The notes: generated from the letters alone by a model not told the origin. DNA of 64,000 nt from an uncultured Chlamydiae bacterium (GCA_963754655.1 CAVWGN010000001.1:736001-800000); one strand, 5' to 3'. Counted from the stretch's first letter, positions 20,326 to 31,011 are shown. Program-made: numbers and translations.

Positions 20326-23300
20326 ATGAAGCGGATAAGGTGGATAATTGTTGGCTCTTTGTTCTTCTGTATGCTTATTTTTCATCATGCTTTCTTGACT
20401 TTCCTTGCCAGTTGGGCGCTCCAAGTTTTTTCTGTTTCTCATTGGGGGGGATCTCTTCAATATGAAAATCTCTCTTTGATAGGCACACGATTAGTGATCA
20501 TTCAGCCTCGATTTGAGCATGCCTCTTCCTTTAAAGCTGAACGCATAGCCTTAAATTTTAATGTTCATTTATGGAAACGGCAACTGGATGTTGAAATAGA
20601 AATTGAACAACCTCATTGGCATTTTCAGATGCCTATGACTTCGCAATGGGAAAAATGGGCAAAACTCTTGAGTCAGGAAGAAAATTGGATCAAAATCCAT
20701 CCCCATTTGCATATTAAAAAGGGTTTGGTCACTTGGTCATTTGAAGAGGAGCCTTCTCATCAATTGCATTTTGATTTGGCAATCAATAATCAAGAAGGTG
20801 GCTCTATTCAACTTTATTTCGATTCTGAGGAATCGATGACTCCTTCACTTGTTTTGCAAACATTTCAGGTTGCTCATGGCGTAGAAATCAACTGCACCTG
20901 CGAAAAAATCAGTTGTCCCTCTTTTATTGCTCTAGCTCAATTTTTTGGAGTTAATGTTTCGCCTTGGCAACTCACATCCGGTTCCTTGCATGGGCAATTA
21001 AAGGCCATTTTTCCTAGAATGAAAAGACCCTATCTTGAAGGCGAATTAATTGTTGAAAAATTGATATTTAATCAATTAGGAATTGCACTAAATGGACAAA
21101 TTGAACAGGCACGTCTTAAATTAGAAAAAAATCAACCTGCTTATGAATTGAATGATCAAATTTCGACGACTATTGGACAACTTGACATTCTCAAACCTGC
21201 CTCCTTGTCTTATGATTCTCCAATCCATGCATGGACCCTGCAACGGATCCTGGGAAGCATTCAACTTAACCCGATGGCGACAGCTCTCATTAATCTTGAA
21301 GCTCAAAGAGGCGATGACCCTCATGGCTCTTGTTGGGGTCTAACAGGCAAGGCGAATTTAAATGCTCAACGTTCATTCAATTTAGATTTAACTTTGTCTT
21401 GTTATGCTTGGGGACAGCCTAATGGCAAAATGCATTTAGCTTTAAACCAATTGCAAGAGGGACATAAACATGCTGAAATGCAATTGGAGAATCTTTCTCA
21501 TGCAGACTGCGATTTCTTACAGACTTTGCTTGCGACCTATTGGCCAATTTTTAATGAGGTGTTGCTTACTGATGGCAAACTCAATGCTTTAATTGAAGCA
21601 GATGTGATGCATCAGGGAATTGGAGAACTCCATATCAAGCAATTTGAAGCCTTTGGTTTACGTTCCAAAATTAAACCTTGGAATATGAGTTGCGACTTTG
21701 AACAAATAAGAGGTTCTGGAAAAGTCCATCTTGGAAAACAAGATTTTTGGCAATCGCTTACGGCAGAATTGCATGTAGAAGAGGGGAAAATTCAATTTGA
21801 AAATCTCAGTCCTTCGTTACCTTTAACTGATATTCAAGCCCATTTACTCATTCAACAAGGACATGTCGAACATTCATTAATCACTCTTCAACTTGCAGGT
21901 TTGAAAGGAAAAATGGATGTTGAATGGGGCAAGCATAAACAACTTTTAACTTTTAAATTAGATGGAATTGTAGAGGATTTAGCACATTTGCTGCCTAATA
22001 GTTTACAAGAGGGTTTGCATAAACATTTTCATCATAATCATTTGATGGTATTGGCTAATTTTAAAAGGCAAAACCAACAAATTGAACTTGGTGGTACACT
22101 CCATATTCAACGTACGAATACAGATCAAATGGATTTGATTCACTTCGGCTGTGATCTTAAAAAAATTCAAGAAGGCTCAGAATCCAAATATGTTCCAGTT
22201 GGCTGGTTCCATGCTCAGAAGCTTCCTCTAGAAAAGTTTTTATCTCCCTTCATTTTCCGTAATGGAATTTTACAAATGTCCGGAGAGGCAGAATTTAAAG
22301 GATCATTTGATGATCAATTTCTCCTCATTAAATACGATGTCAATGATTTAAAAATAGAAAATGACAATTTATGTATTGAAATCCCGCAGCTATATTCTCA
22401 AATTCCCGGGCAGCTTGTTGGATCGCATCGTCTCGATCTTCACACCTCTACTTATCAAGGGACTCTTCCTATTCAGTATGCCTCTTATTTTGAAAAAAAT
22501 ACTGGCCTTGCCTTTCAATCTATTCAGGGACTGATGACCTTTAAAAACGACTTTATCCGCATTGCCCCTATTGAAAGCTATTGTGAAGGAATTTATTTTT
22601 CTGGAGAGCTTGAATTAGATTATAGCGATCCCGTCCCTGGAGTATTTGATGTGAAGATTCATTGTCCAACCTTTTCCGGGAAAGTCTCTCAAATTCAAGA
22701 TTTAGTGGCCCATTTAGATCAACCTTCATTATTACATACAGTTCCTTTGGAAGGCGATGTGACAAGCAAAGAGGAGGGATTGCATTTAAACTTTACTTTT
22801 ATTCCTAATGACTATCAGTTCAAGGCCAATATTCGCGGAGCAATGACAGATGGAAGATTAGTCTTTAAAGAGGCTGACATGGCTCTTAAGGGAATTGATA
22901 TGGATATTGATTATGATCACCAGCAACAGCTTTTGGCTTTTACCGATATTCAAGGAGCGTTCTTGGTTGGTAAGCCTCGTCGAGTCGAAGAATATCTTTT
23001 TACTGGACATCACGTGCATTTTTATCAAATTGCTCAACCTAATATCGACATCGATGTTGCCATCAAGGATAAAGAAAAAGAGTTATTACGTTTAGTGGGA
23101 TATACACAGGAAGAGCAAGGAGGTGTCAAAAGTCTTTATTTAAATCAAAAGCTTTCCCATCTCAGTTGTCTTTACCCTCACGTTTGGCAATGCAAGATAA
23201 AAAATGGGGCACATCTAGAACAACTTGAGTTCCGCTCAGAATTTGATGTAGGAAATTTATTTCATGATTTATGCAGCTTTCGTAAAACGGGCTTTTCCTT

Positions 23301-25440
23301 TTTATCACCTAATATCATTGATAAAATTTCTCAATTTTTGCCCCTAGAAGGACAAGGCTTTTGTGCTCTTCATTATCATCCTGATCAAAGTTATACCTAT
23401 CAGCTCGAAGGAAGACGCATAAAACAAGGCAATCTTAGCGAACATTTTGGATGCCTCAAAGGAAGTAAACATGAGAAAAAATGGATTGTCGACCAATTGC
23501 AATGGGATGATTGGAATGTTTATGCAGAATTGCATCAGATGGAAGATAAATGGAAAATTCCTTTTTTAGGATTAAAGGTTGGGCAAGCTGTATTGCTTGG
23601 ATTAGAAGGGGATTGGTTTCATGAACATGCTTTTTTACAAGCAAAACTCAAATTTTGTGAGGTGGACTTAGATGAGTTGGATCATTTTGATGCTTTGAAA
23701 CCCTTCGTAACGAAATGGTGGCCAAAAGGAAAAGTAAATGCAACAGGAGAAATTGAATGGAATCTCCTCACTTCTAATTTTTGGGAGGGTTGTCAAGCTT
23801 CTTTATTAGCAGAGGCCAGCAATTTATCTTTTAGAGATTATCCTTTACGAGTTTTAAATTCTTTCAAAATAGATCTTCATCCGCTTCACCATTTTCGTTT
23901 GGAGAATCTCCACCTTGAACTTTTTCCGTTAAAAAGCCACTCTTATATCGATTTAAAAACATTTGAATATTTGACTGCTCAGGATTCTATTGGTTTTATG
24001 CAAACTGTTTTTAACATTCCTCATACGCAATTAAAAATTGTAGGAGAAGCACTTCATCATCATTTTCCCGATGTGTTTGATGTGACCGTGAAAGAGCTCT
24101 TCGTAAACGCGAAGCGAGAAAAAGCGTTAAAGGGAGTTCTAACAGTTGAACATCGCCTTCCTGGTCAGAATTTTCTGCAGTTAAAACTAGAAGATGGCCT
24201 TTATCTATTCAAAAAACGAGAATATGATCTCAAACAATTTGATCTGCAAATGATTGGAGAAGACTTGCGGTTCTCAGCTTTTTCTCAGCAAGAGTGCTAT
24301 CCATTTCAAGTGATTGGACAATCCAAGTGGCCTGCTTGTCAACAAGTCCAATGTCAATTCATCGGTGCGGGGACATCCCAACCCTTAATGGTCCAATGGC
24401 AGAATCATCCACAACAAGGATGGATGCTTCATGCTATGCAGGGGGATTTTGGCGGTTGTTCTTTCCGTTTAAGAGAAGATCAAGAAGCTGCGCCAAATAC
24501 TGGATGGATGGCTTTACAAGGGCAAATCACAGTAGATTTTAATCAGTTATGCCCGTTGTTATCTCGATCTGTAGCTGAAGCCATTCAAAAATTAAAAATG
24601 GGATCTTTTTATTCTTTTATAGGCCATTTTTGGATGAATTCAGATGTGGGTTCGACTTTTTTGGATACTATTTCTTTTCAGGGAAGCTTGACAAGTGAAA
24701 AGGCTATTTTGAAAGGATATCAAGTGCAGAGTTTGCAAGCAGATGTCCAATATGTGCCTGGCCGCTTAGATATGCAAAATGTGTGGATTCAAGATCCAGC
24801 AGGAAATCTTAAGGCTGCGAATTGCATGGTGATTCAAGATCAGAAGTTTGATAAATGGACTTTTTTTATTCCAAGCCTGACAGTAAAAAATTTGCGCCTT
24901 AATCATTTAAGAGATGCAGAAGATGATGCTCGGATCAATTCTAAATTCCGTTCATTGATTGTGAAGCGAATTGAATTTCAAGATTTGAGTGGGGAATTGA
25001 ATCAACTGCACACTTGGCAAGCGGAGGGAAACTTACATTTTGTGAATCCATCACGCAAGAATTTTTTTCATCCTCTTTTGGCAATTCCAGCTGAAATTAT
25101 TTTGCGTTTAGGTTTGGATCCGCATGTTTTTAATCCTGTCACGGGTATCATTTACTTTCGCTTACAGAACAGACGCTTTTATTTCAATCGTTTTAAAGAT
25201 GTCTATAGCGAAGGTAGAGGATCAAAATTTTACTTAGCACAGGACAACGATTCTTCTTGGATGGACTTTGATGGAAATCTATCGGTCAATGTGCGCATGA
25301 AGCAATATAACCTTATTTTCAAAATTGCAGAACTTTTCACAGTATCCATTCAGGGTAATATCAAAAGGCCCCGTTATAGTTTACAAAAGCAATCGAAAGG
25401 CTCTCGAAAAAGACAAATGCCACCCATGGTGAGTAGCTAA
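20326..25440 (+). CDS. Large hypothetical protein, probably AsmA/TamB/YhdP-like
   Basis: 1704 aa, single N-terminal TM, repetitive amphipathic beta-strand pattern, C-terminal VSIQGNIKRPRY; fold inferred. Confidence 0.7.
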   Translation: MKRIRWIIVGSLFFCMLIFHHAFLTFLASWALQVFSVSHWGGSLQYENLSLIGTRLVIIQPRFEHASSFKAERIALNFNVHLWKRQLDVEIEIEQPHWHFQMPMTSQWEKWAKLLSQEENWIKIHPHLHIKKGLVTWSFEEEPSHQLHFDLAINNQEGGSIQLYFDSEESMTPSLVLQTFQVAHGVEINCTCEKISCPSFIALAQFFGVNVSPWQLTSGSLHGQLKAIFPRMKRPYLEGELIVEKLIFNQLGIALNGQIEQARLKLEKNQPAYELNDQISTTIGQLDILKPASLSYDSPIHAWTLQRILGSIQLNPMATALINLEAQRGDDPHGSCWGLTGKANLNAQRSFNLDLTLSCYAWGQPNGKMHLALNQLQEGHKHAEMQLENLSHADCDFLQTLLATYWPIFNEVLLTDGKLNALIEADVMHQGIGELHIKQFEAFGLRSKIKPWNMSCDFEQIRGSGKVHLGKQDFWQSLTAELHVEEGKIQFENLSPSLPLTDIQAHLLIQQGHVEHSLITLQLAGLKGKMDVEWGKHKQLLTFKLDGIVEDLAHLLPNSLQEGLHKHFHHNHLMVLANFKRQNQQIELGGTLHIQRTNTDQMDLIHFGCDLKKIQEGSESKYVPVGWFHAQKLPLEKFLSPFIFRNGILQMSGEAEFKGSFDDQFLLIKYDVNDLKIENDNLCIEIPQLYSQIPGQLVGSHRLDLHTSTYQGTLPIQYASYFEKNTGLAFQSIQGLMTFKNDFIRIAPIESYCEGIYFSGELELDYSDPVPGVFDVKIHCPTFSGKVSQIQDLVAHLDQPSLLHTVPLEGDVTSKEEGLHLNFTFIPNDYQFKANIRGAMTDGRLVFKEADMALKGIDMDIDYDHQQQLLAFTDIQGAFLVGKPRRVEEYLFTGHHVHFYQIAQPNIDIDVAIKDKEKELLRLVGYTQEEQGGVKSLYLNQKLSHLSCLYPHVWQCKIKNGAHLEQLEFRSEFDVGNLFHDLCSFRKTGFSFLSPNIIDKISQFLPLEGQGFCALHYHPDQSYTYQLEGRRIKQGNLSEHFGCLKGSKHEKKWIVDQLQWDDWNVYAELHQMEDKWKIPFLGLKVGQAVLLGLEGDWFHEHAFLQAKLKFCEVDLDELDHFDALKPFVTKWWPKGKVNATGEIEWNLLTSNFWEGCQASLLAEASNLSFRDYPLRVLNSFKIDLHPLHHFRLENLHLELFPLKSHSYIDLKTFEYLTAQDSIGFMQTVFNIPHTQLKIVGEALHHHFPDVFDVTVKELFVNAKREKALKGVLTVEHRLPGQNFLQLKLEDGLYLFKKREYDLKQFDLQMIGEDLRFSAFSQQECYPFQVIGQSKWPACQQVQCQFIGAGTSQPLMVQWQNHPQQGWMLHAMQGDFGGCSFRLREDQEAAPNTGWMALQGQITVDFNQLCPLLSRSVAEAIQKLKMGSFYSFIGHFWMNSDVGSTFLDTISFQGSLTSEKAILKGYQVQSLQADVQYVPGRLDMQNVWIQDPAGNLKAANCMVIQDQKFDKWTFFIPSLTVKNLRLNHLRDAEDDARINSKFRSLIVKRIEFQDLSGELNQLHTWQAEGNLHFVNPSRKNFFHPLLAIPAEIILRLGLDPHVFNPVTGIIYFRLQNRRFYFNRFKDVYSEGRGSKFYLAQDNDSSWMDFDGNLSVNVRMKQYNLIFKIAELFTVSIQGNIKRPRYSLQKQSKGSRKRQMPPMVSS

Positions 25441-25726
25441 TACATGAGTAGAAGATATATCTTCCTCTTTTAACTTAACCTTCTTAATAATTTTTAGGCT
25501 TTGAGTATGCCGTCCTTTCAGGACTCGATGTCTTTTTGATAGAACCCAGGCCTCCGCTTCGCTGCGACCTGGGCTGTAACATGACGGCCCTTCAGGCCTT
25601 AACAAGAGATGTTTAAGTCCCTCTTCTATAGTCCCTAAATCATCTTTTTGTTAAGGCCTGAAGGGCCGTCCTTTCAGGACTCGATTCTTTTTTATTTTAC
25701 CCAGGCCTCCGCTTCGCTGCGACCTG

Positions 25727-26568
25727 GGGCGTGTTTTAAAAAGATTATTTATGATATAATAATAGTTGTAGGGACCCATAGGAGGTGTTTATGACTAGAA
25801 TGTTTTTAAAAGATAAGGACTGGGAGAAGCTAAGTCCATTATTACCTTCGCAAACAGGTAAACAGGGAAGACCTAGAAAAAATGATCGGTTGGTAATAGA
25901 AGGGATTTTATGGTCTATAAGAACGGGAGCTCCTTGGAGAGATATGCCCCCTGAATTTGGCCACTGGCAAACGATCTATTCAAGAATGCATAACTGGACC
26001 TTAAATGGAACTTGGTCAAAAATTTGGAGTGTTTTGAAAAAAAAATGCATCCCACGAATCACATATTATTGATTCTACAAGTGTTAAAGTACATCAAAAT
26101 GCAATGGGAGGTTTTGGAGGAAAAACATTTAATGGAATTGGAAAGACACAAGGTGGTTGGTCAACAAGAATTCATGTTGTAGTTAATGCTGAAGGGCAAC
26201 CATTAAAAGTAAAAATTGCTCCTGGAAATAGAAATGATAATTTATTTGCTAAATCTCTATTAAATGGGAAACGAGCAAAAAATGTTATAGCAGATCTAGC
26301 TTATGATACAGATGAAATTAGATACTATTTAATGAAAAGAAAGGAACGAGCTGTCATTCCAAGTCACCCAAAGAGAACTGATGAAATTCCCTATAGCAAG
26401 CGTTTGTATAAAAAAAGAAAGGTTGTGGAGAATTTTTTCCAAAAACTAAAAACTTTTAGACGAATTGCTACTCGTTACGATAAGTTAGGAAAAATATTTA
26501 GAGGAGTGGTTATAATTGCGTTTATTATAATTTATATCACACATTGGTAATGTTTTTCAAACACGCCC
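25727..26568 (+). mobile_element. IS5-family (IS427-like) insertion sequence
   Basis: TIRs GGGCGTGTTTTAAAAAGATTA / TAATGTTTTTCAAACACGCCC; TG (or CTGG) target duplication; two-ORF transposase. Confidence 0.9.
25785..26550 (+). CDS. IS5-family transposase, two frames joined across an A9 run (26037-26045)
   Basis: OrfA has GRPRKNDRLVIEGILW...TGAPWRDMP; the OrfB frame has IIDSTSVKVHQ, IADLAYD, YKKRKVVENFFQKLKTFRRIATRYDK. Confidence 0.9.
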
Positions 26569-26894
26569 TGGGCTGTAACATGACGGCCCTTCAGGCCTTA
26601 ACAAGAGATGTTTAAGTCCCTCTTCTATAGTCCCTAAATCATCTTTTTGTTAAGGCCTGAAGGGCCGTCATGTTACAGCCCAGGTCGCAGCGAAGCGGAG
26701 GCCTGGGTAAAATAAAAAAGAATCGAGTCCTGAAAGGACGGCATAAACATACGACCTTCAATTCAACTATGCCAATTATTGTGAAAAATAAAGCTCATTT
26801 TTTGCACAAAATGAACACCCTAGACCAGGGCAACGCCCTGGGTATAAGTGTGTTGTGTCATGCAGCCTGAAGGGCTGCCAGAGTGTCAAATTTT

Positions 26895-26976
26895 TAGTAA
26901 AATACCAGTCATGAAACACGTCCTATGGGCCCTACAACTATATTTATATCATAAATAATCTTTTTCAAACACGCCC
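26895..26976 (-). mobile_element. Isolated, inverted copy of the IS5 left end
   Basis: Reverse complement GGGCGTGTTTGAAAAAGATTATTTATGATATAAATATAGTTGTAGGGCCCATAGGACGTGTTTCATGACT matches 25727-25797. Confidence 0.85.
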
Positions 26977-27337
26977 CAGCCCAGAGCCGGGACTTAATAT
27001 CTAAGCAACTTTTTGGGGTTTTCTCTCTGTTCTTCGCGTCACTTTTGTTACCAGTGATTTTTATCAGTTTCAATGCCTTTTTTCCTTCATCTGTTTCTAA
27101 TTGCTCTTATCGGTTTTAGCACTTTCTTCCTTCGACTTAAGAATGTGGGACCAATATTTTCAACTTCCCATTGCTTAACTTCACTATAGGGATCATTCTC
27201 AAATGCTTAAACCAGTAAATCCTCTTCCATTTGATTACGAATCATTCGTAATTGACATTTTATTTTAATAATTTTATTTCTTGAATGTATACCTAATTGC
27301 CTTGTAATTCTTAACGGCTTAGATTCTTGAATAGGAG

Positions 27338-27910
27338 ATGGTTATGAAGTTATTCTGTTATACAATGTCATTGACGATGATCTTTGGATCTCTTTTGGGC
27401 GAGTCAGCGAATTCATCTAACAGTTCCCAACAATCTAATGGTTTTGATCCTGCTATTTATTTGAAATATGAAGATTATAAATGGGAGAAGCTCATTCCAG
27501 AATTGGGAGATCTATCAGCAGAAATGACAATTCTACATGTCAACCCCAAAACAGGAGGAACTCAATTAATGATTCGTTGTCCAAAAAATTATCATGCTCC
27601 AAAACATTGGCATACAGCTAATGAAACACATTATTGCGTTTATGGCCACTTTCTGATGAGAGATCATGATGGAAAAGTTGCAGACTTAAGCCCTGGTTCT
27701 TACAATTATATGCCAAGCAAAATGATTCATGAGGGATGGACCAATTCAGAGGAAGGAAATCTCCTTTACATATCTCTCGATGGTCCCTGGGATATCAATT
27801 TTATTGACGGAACGCCTACGCCCAAACAAGTGCATGATTTATCTAATAGACCTGTATTTCCCAAATCGTCAAAACCGCCTATATATCCCTCTGTAAGTGA
27901 GGTAAAATAA
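27338..27910 (+). CDS. Secreted cupin-fold protein (DUF4437-like)
   Basis: Signal peptide; PKHWHTANETH and PGSYNYMPSKMIHEG cupin motifs; AGGAG RBS. Confidence 0.8.
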   Translation: MVMKLFCYTMSLTMIFGSLLGESANSSNSSQQSNGFDPAIYLKYEDYKWEKLIPELGDLSAEMTILHVNPKTGGTQLMIRCPKNYHAPKHWHTANETHYCVYGHFLMRDHDGKVADLSPGSYNYMPSKMIHEGWTNSEEGNLLYISLDGPWDINFIDGTPTPKQVHDLSNRPVFPKSSKPPIYPSVSEVK

Positions 27911-28096
27911 CAAGATTGTACTCGGAATAATCCTATTTTGGAGATTTCATTTTATTAGTTGTAGTTAGATAGAGATTATCTCGTCCATTCAGAGATGAAT
28001 GCTTTAAATTTGAAGGAGATCATCAAATTTTTCCAATCAAAAGTTCCGAAATCGTCCAGTCTCTATCGTTAAACTTTACTTTCAGCTTATACTCTT

Positions 28097-28593
28097 CTAG
28101 TACTCAACCACACTAGTTTTTGCTTATTAGGACGGTGCAAACCCTCGAGGCGTTAAGGTAAGAGATGAGCGTAGGCTAAGCGACGCATTCAGTCGCCCGC
28201 CGCTTCGCTCTGGGCTCTAGGTAAGGGGATATGGACCCACCGTTCGGTCGCCCTCCGGGCTCGGTCACGGTGGGCTAGGATCAGTCGTCCTCCGGACTCT
28301 AGCAGCAGTGTAAAAGCCATGGAATATTAGGTAAGACGTTTGATAATGCTGCTAGAATGCTAGTCAAGGCGTTTTGATAATGCCGCTAGAGTCCGGAGGA
28401 CGACTGATCCTTAGCCCACCGTGACCGAGCCCGGAGGGCGACCGAACGGTGGGTCCATATTCCCCTTACCTAGAGCCCAGAGCGAAGCGGCGGGCGACTG
28501 AATGCGTCGCTTAGCCTACGCTCATCTCTTACCTTAACGCCTCGAGGGTTTGCACCGTCCTAATAAGCAAAAACTAGTGTGGTTGAGTACTAG
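28097..28593. mobile_element. 497-bp palindrome: shell E ends (CTAGTACTCAACCACA) around GC-rich cargo J
   Basis: About 205-bp near-perfect inverted arms, CTAG at both ends. Confidence 0.9.
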
Positions 28594-28652
28594 GTATTCA
28601 ACTTTTTTAATTTTGTGGCATTCCATCTTCTCACCTTATTTCAAAGGATCGC

Positions 28653-29232
28653 ATGAATGCGGATATTTGTCATTTTGCAAGTCAGCAGTGGTACGCTGGT
28701 GAGCTAAAATCTATTGTGGCTCAAGAAGATCAAAGACTGAAGTTACCGCGTTATCCATTGTTTAGAGATCTTCTTGATGATCAACTTGATCCCTCTAAAT
28801 CAATGGTTGTTGTTCAGTTAGATCATGTAGGATCTCAGCACTCTTCACAGGAGGAAGCCATGTGGATAGTAAAAGCTAGCAAGTGTCTGATGAATGATTA
28901 TTCAATTTCGTCTGAGCAAATCGGCATTATCTCCCCTCATCGCTTGCAAAATAATATGATTCTCTCCTGCTTTGAAAGAGGCTTTACCTTTTTCATTAAA
29001 GCTGCCAAAAGTGGATACGGTTGAGCGCATGCAAGGATTGGAATTTGATATTGTGATTTTTTCTGCTACGACTTCTGATAAAGACATGATTCATAGTTCA
29101 TTTTTGAAGGATTATCGGCGATTGAATGTAGCGCTTACGCGATCAAAAAAAATTTATTTTGGTTGCAAGCGCCTGTTTTTTCACATCATTTCCAAAAACA
29201 GAAAGAGAACTTATCGCGCAGATGCCTTTTGA
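28653..29232 (+). pseudogene. C-terminal fragment of superfamily I (DNA2/UPF1-like, AAA_12) helicase, frameshifted
   Basis: RMNADICHFAS..WY.G.L, IGIISPHRLQ, VDTVERMQGLEFDIVIFS, RRLNVALTRSK spread over different frames; no N-terminal half. Confidence 0.8.
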
Positions 29233-29315
29233 AAATTTATTTAGATACAAATAGGATTGTTTTAAATCTTTGGAATTGCCAATATTTAAGGATTTTAAGA
29301 GAAAAATAGGCAAGG

Positions 29316-30290
29316 ATGAGCAAGCATTTAAAGAGAGGCATTTATTGGATTTTGGCATTTCTTTTCTTATGGGGTGCCGTTCGCTTGTACTATCAATTGA
29401 CAGATGATTTTCGCTTAGCCAATATTACTTATGAACTGCCTTTTGAAGCGCCTTGGAAGATTCCTGTTTTAAATCCCGACGAATATCGAAGTTTAGAACA
29501 GTTATTAGATCAGAATTTTTTTTATATGGGTAAAGGCGCTCAATGTTATGCCTTTGTAAGCGAAGATGGGCAATATGTCTTAAAATTTTTTAAATTTAAA
29601 CATCTCAAGCCTAATTTATTGGTTGACTATTTACCTTTTATTTCTCCTTTTAAGGAGTATAAGCAAAGGTGCATAGAGCGCAAAAGACAGAAATTAATTG
29701 GCGTGTTTAATGGCTATGATCTTGCTTTTCGCGAAAACCGTCAAACCTCTCAACTTCTCTATCTCCATTTGCTTCCTACCCAGCATTTGCAATTACAAGC
29801 AAAGGTCATTGATAAAATAGGATTGGAGCGCAACATTCGTCTAGATGATGTTGTTTTTCTCATTCAAAGAAAAGGGGAGACGCTGCGGACACGGCTGCGC
29901 CACTTCCTCGATCAAAGGCATGTCCAAGAGGCGAAACAAGCAGTGGCAAGTATTTTCGAGATGTACATATCGGAATACAAAAAGGGAATTTATGATCACG
30001 ATCATGGGGTTTTGCACAATACAGGCTTTATTGGCAGTCAACCTTTTCACTTAGATGTAGGAAAGTTAAAAAAAGACGAACGCATGCAGCATGTTGAATT
30101 CTACAAAAAAGATCTTGAGCTTGTGATCTGGAGATTAGATCGTTGGATGAAAAATTCCTATCCTGAAAATGAGGCTGAGTTTTCCAAATTTTTGGCTCAG
30201 CAATACCAAAAGTGGACAGGTGAAACGCTCGATATCCAAGCGATAGATCCGAAACAAATTAAAAAAAGAAATCGGTTGATTGGACTTTAG
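29316..30290 (+). CDS. Membrane-anchored hypothetical protein with protein-kinase-like motifs
   Basis: N-terminal TM; YMGKGAQCYAF, YVLKFFK, IYDHDHGVLHN, HLDVG. Confidence 0.75.
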   Translation: MSKHLKRGIYWILAFLFLWGAVRLYYQLTDDFRLANITYELPFEAPWKIPVLNPDEYRSLEQLLDQNFFYMGKGAQCYAFVSEDGQYVLKFFKFKHLKPNLLVDYLPFISPFKEYKQRCIERKRQKLIGVFNGYDLAFRENRQTSQLLYLHLLPTQHLQLQAKVIDKIGLERNIRLDDVVFLIQRKGETLRTRLRHFLDQRHVQEAKQAVASIFEMYISEYKKGIYDHDHGVLHNTGFIGSQPFHLDVGKLKKDERMQHVEFYKKDLELVIWRLDRWMKNSYPENEAEFSKFLAQQYQKWTGETLDIQAIDPKQIKKRNRLIGL

Positions 30291-31011
30291 AGCGTATTTA
30301 AAAAGATTGCAAAAATCTTTCCTGCATCTTGTTTATCCCACCAAGTGCTTACATTGCCATACCTTGCTACCGCCTGAATCCCTTGTCTTATGCTCAACCT
30401 GCGCTTCTCTTTTGGATCTCATTCAACCACAGGAACGTTGTCCCACCTGTTTTAACTTATTACCTGAAAATGAAGTGACTCCTTGTCACGAGTGCTTGCA
30501 ATATCCTTCACTCTATTATCGCATGGCTGCAGCTTTTGATTATCAAGGGCCTGCTGCCTCACTGGTTAAGCGTTTAAAGTATGCCAATCAACCTTATCTC
30601 GCTCAAGGCATGGCAGCCTTTTTAATCACACAATTTGATCGGCTCCTCTGGCCTTTACCTGATGCTCTTATTCCTGTTCCTTTATCTTTCACTCATTGGT
30701 TAGAAAGGGGATATAATCAAAGTGCTTTGCTGGCAGAAGAAATGGGAAGCTTATTGCAATGCCCTGTTTGGCATGCTCTCAAGCGTCAAAGTGGTGATTT
30801 TAGCCAAGCAGCCTTAAATTTAGAGCAACGCAAAGCTTTAGATGGAAAGCGTTTCCGACTTAATTCCACTTACTGTTTACAAAGCAAAGTTTTACTTGTT
30901 ATCGATGACGTCATGACTTCAGGTTCAACATTGCAACGCTGTGCCGAAATCCTAAGCACCGGACATCCTGCGGCGCTTTATGCTCTGACGTTCTGTCGCA
31001 CTCTTAAATAA
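30280..31011 (+). CDS. comF: ComF family protein (double zinc ribbon plus PRTase domain)
   Basis: CxxC repeats, LIPVPL, RGYNQS, VLLVIDDVMTSGSTL. Confidence 0.9.
   Translation: MDFRAYLKRLQKSFLHLVYPTKCLHCHTLLPPESLVLCSTCASLLDLIQPQERCPTCFNLLPENEVTPCHECLQYPSLYYRMAAAFDYQGPAASLVKRLKYANQPYLAQGMAAFLITQFDRLLWPLPDALIPVPLSFTHWLERGYNQSALLAEEMGSLLQCPVWHALKRQSGDFSQAALNLEQRKALDGKRFRLNSTYCLQSKVLLVIDDVMTSGSTLQRCAEILSTGHPAALYALTFCRTLK

Larger units (their letters stand above)
25506..26880. repeat. Rearranged F/G/D palindromic stack interrupted by an IS5-family element
   Basis: F arm 25506-25670, second F arm split at GACCTG|TGGGCTGTAAC by the IS, right G/D arm ending CACCCTAG at ~26823, then another REP unit. 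Confidence 0.85.

Noticed and set aside
26990..27250. Possible decayed minus-strand gene
   Set aside because: Coding-like composition but multiple stops and no recognisable family
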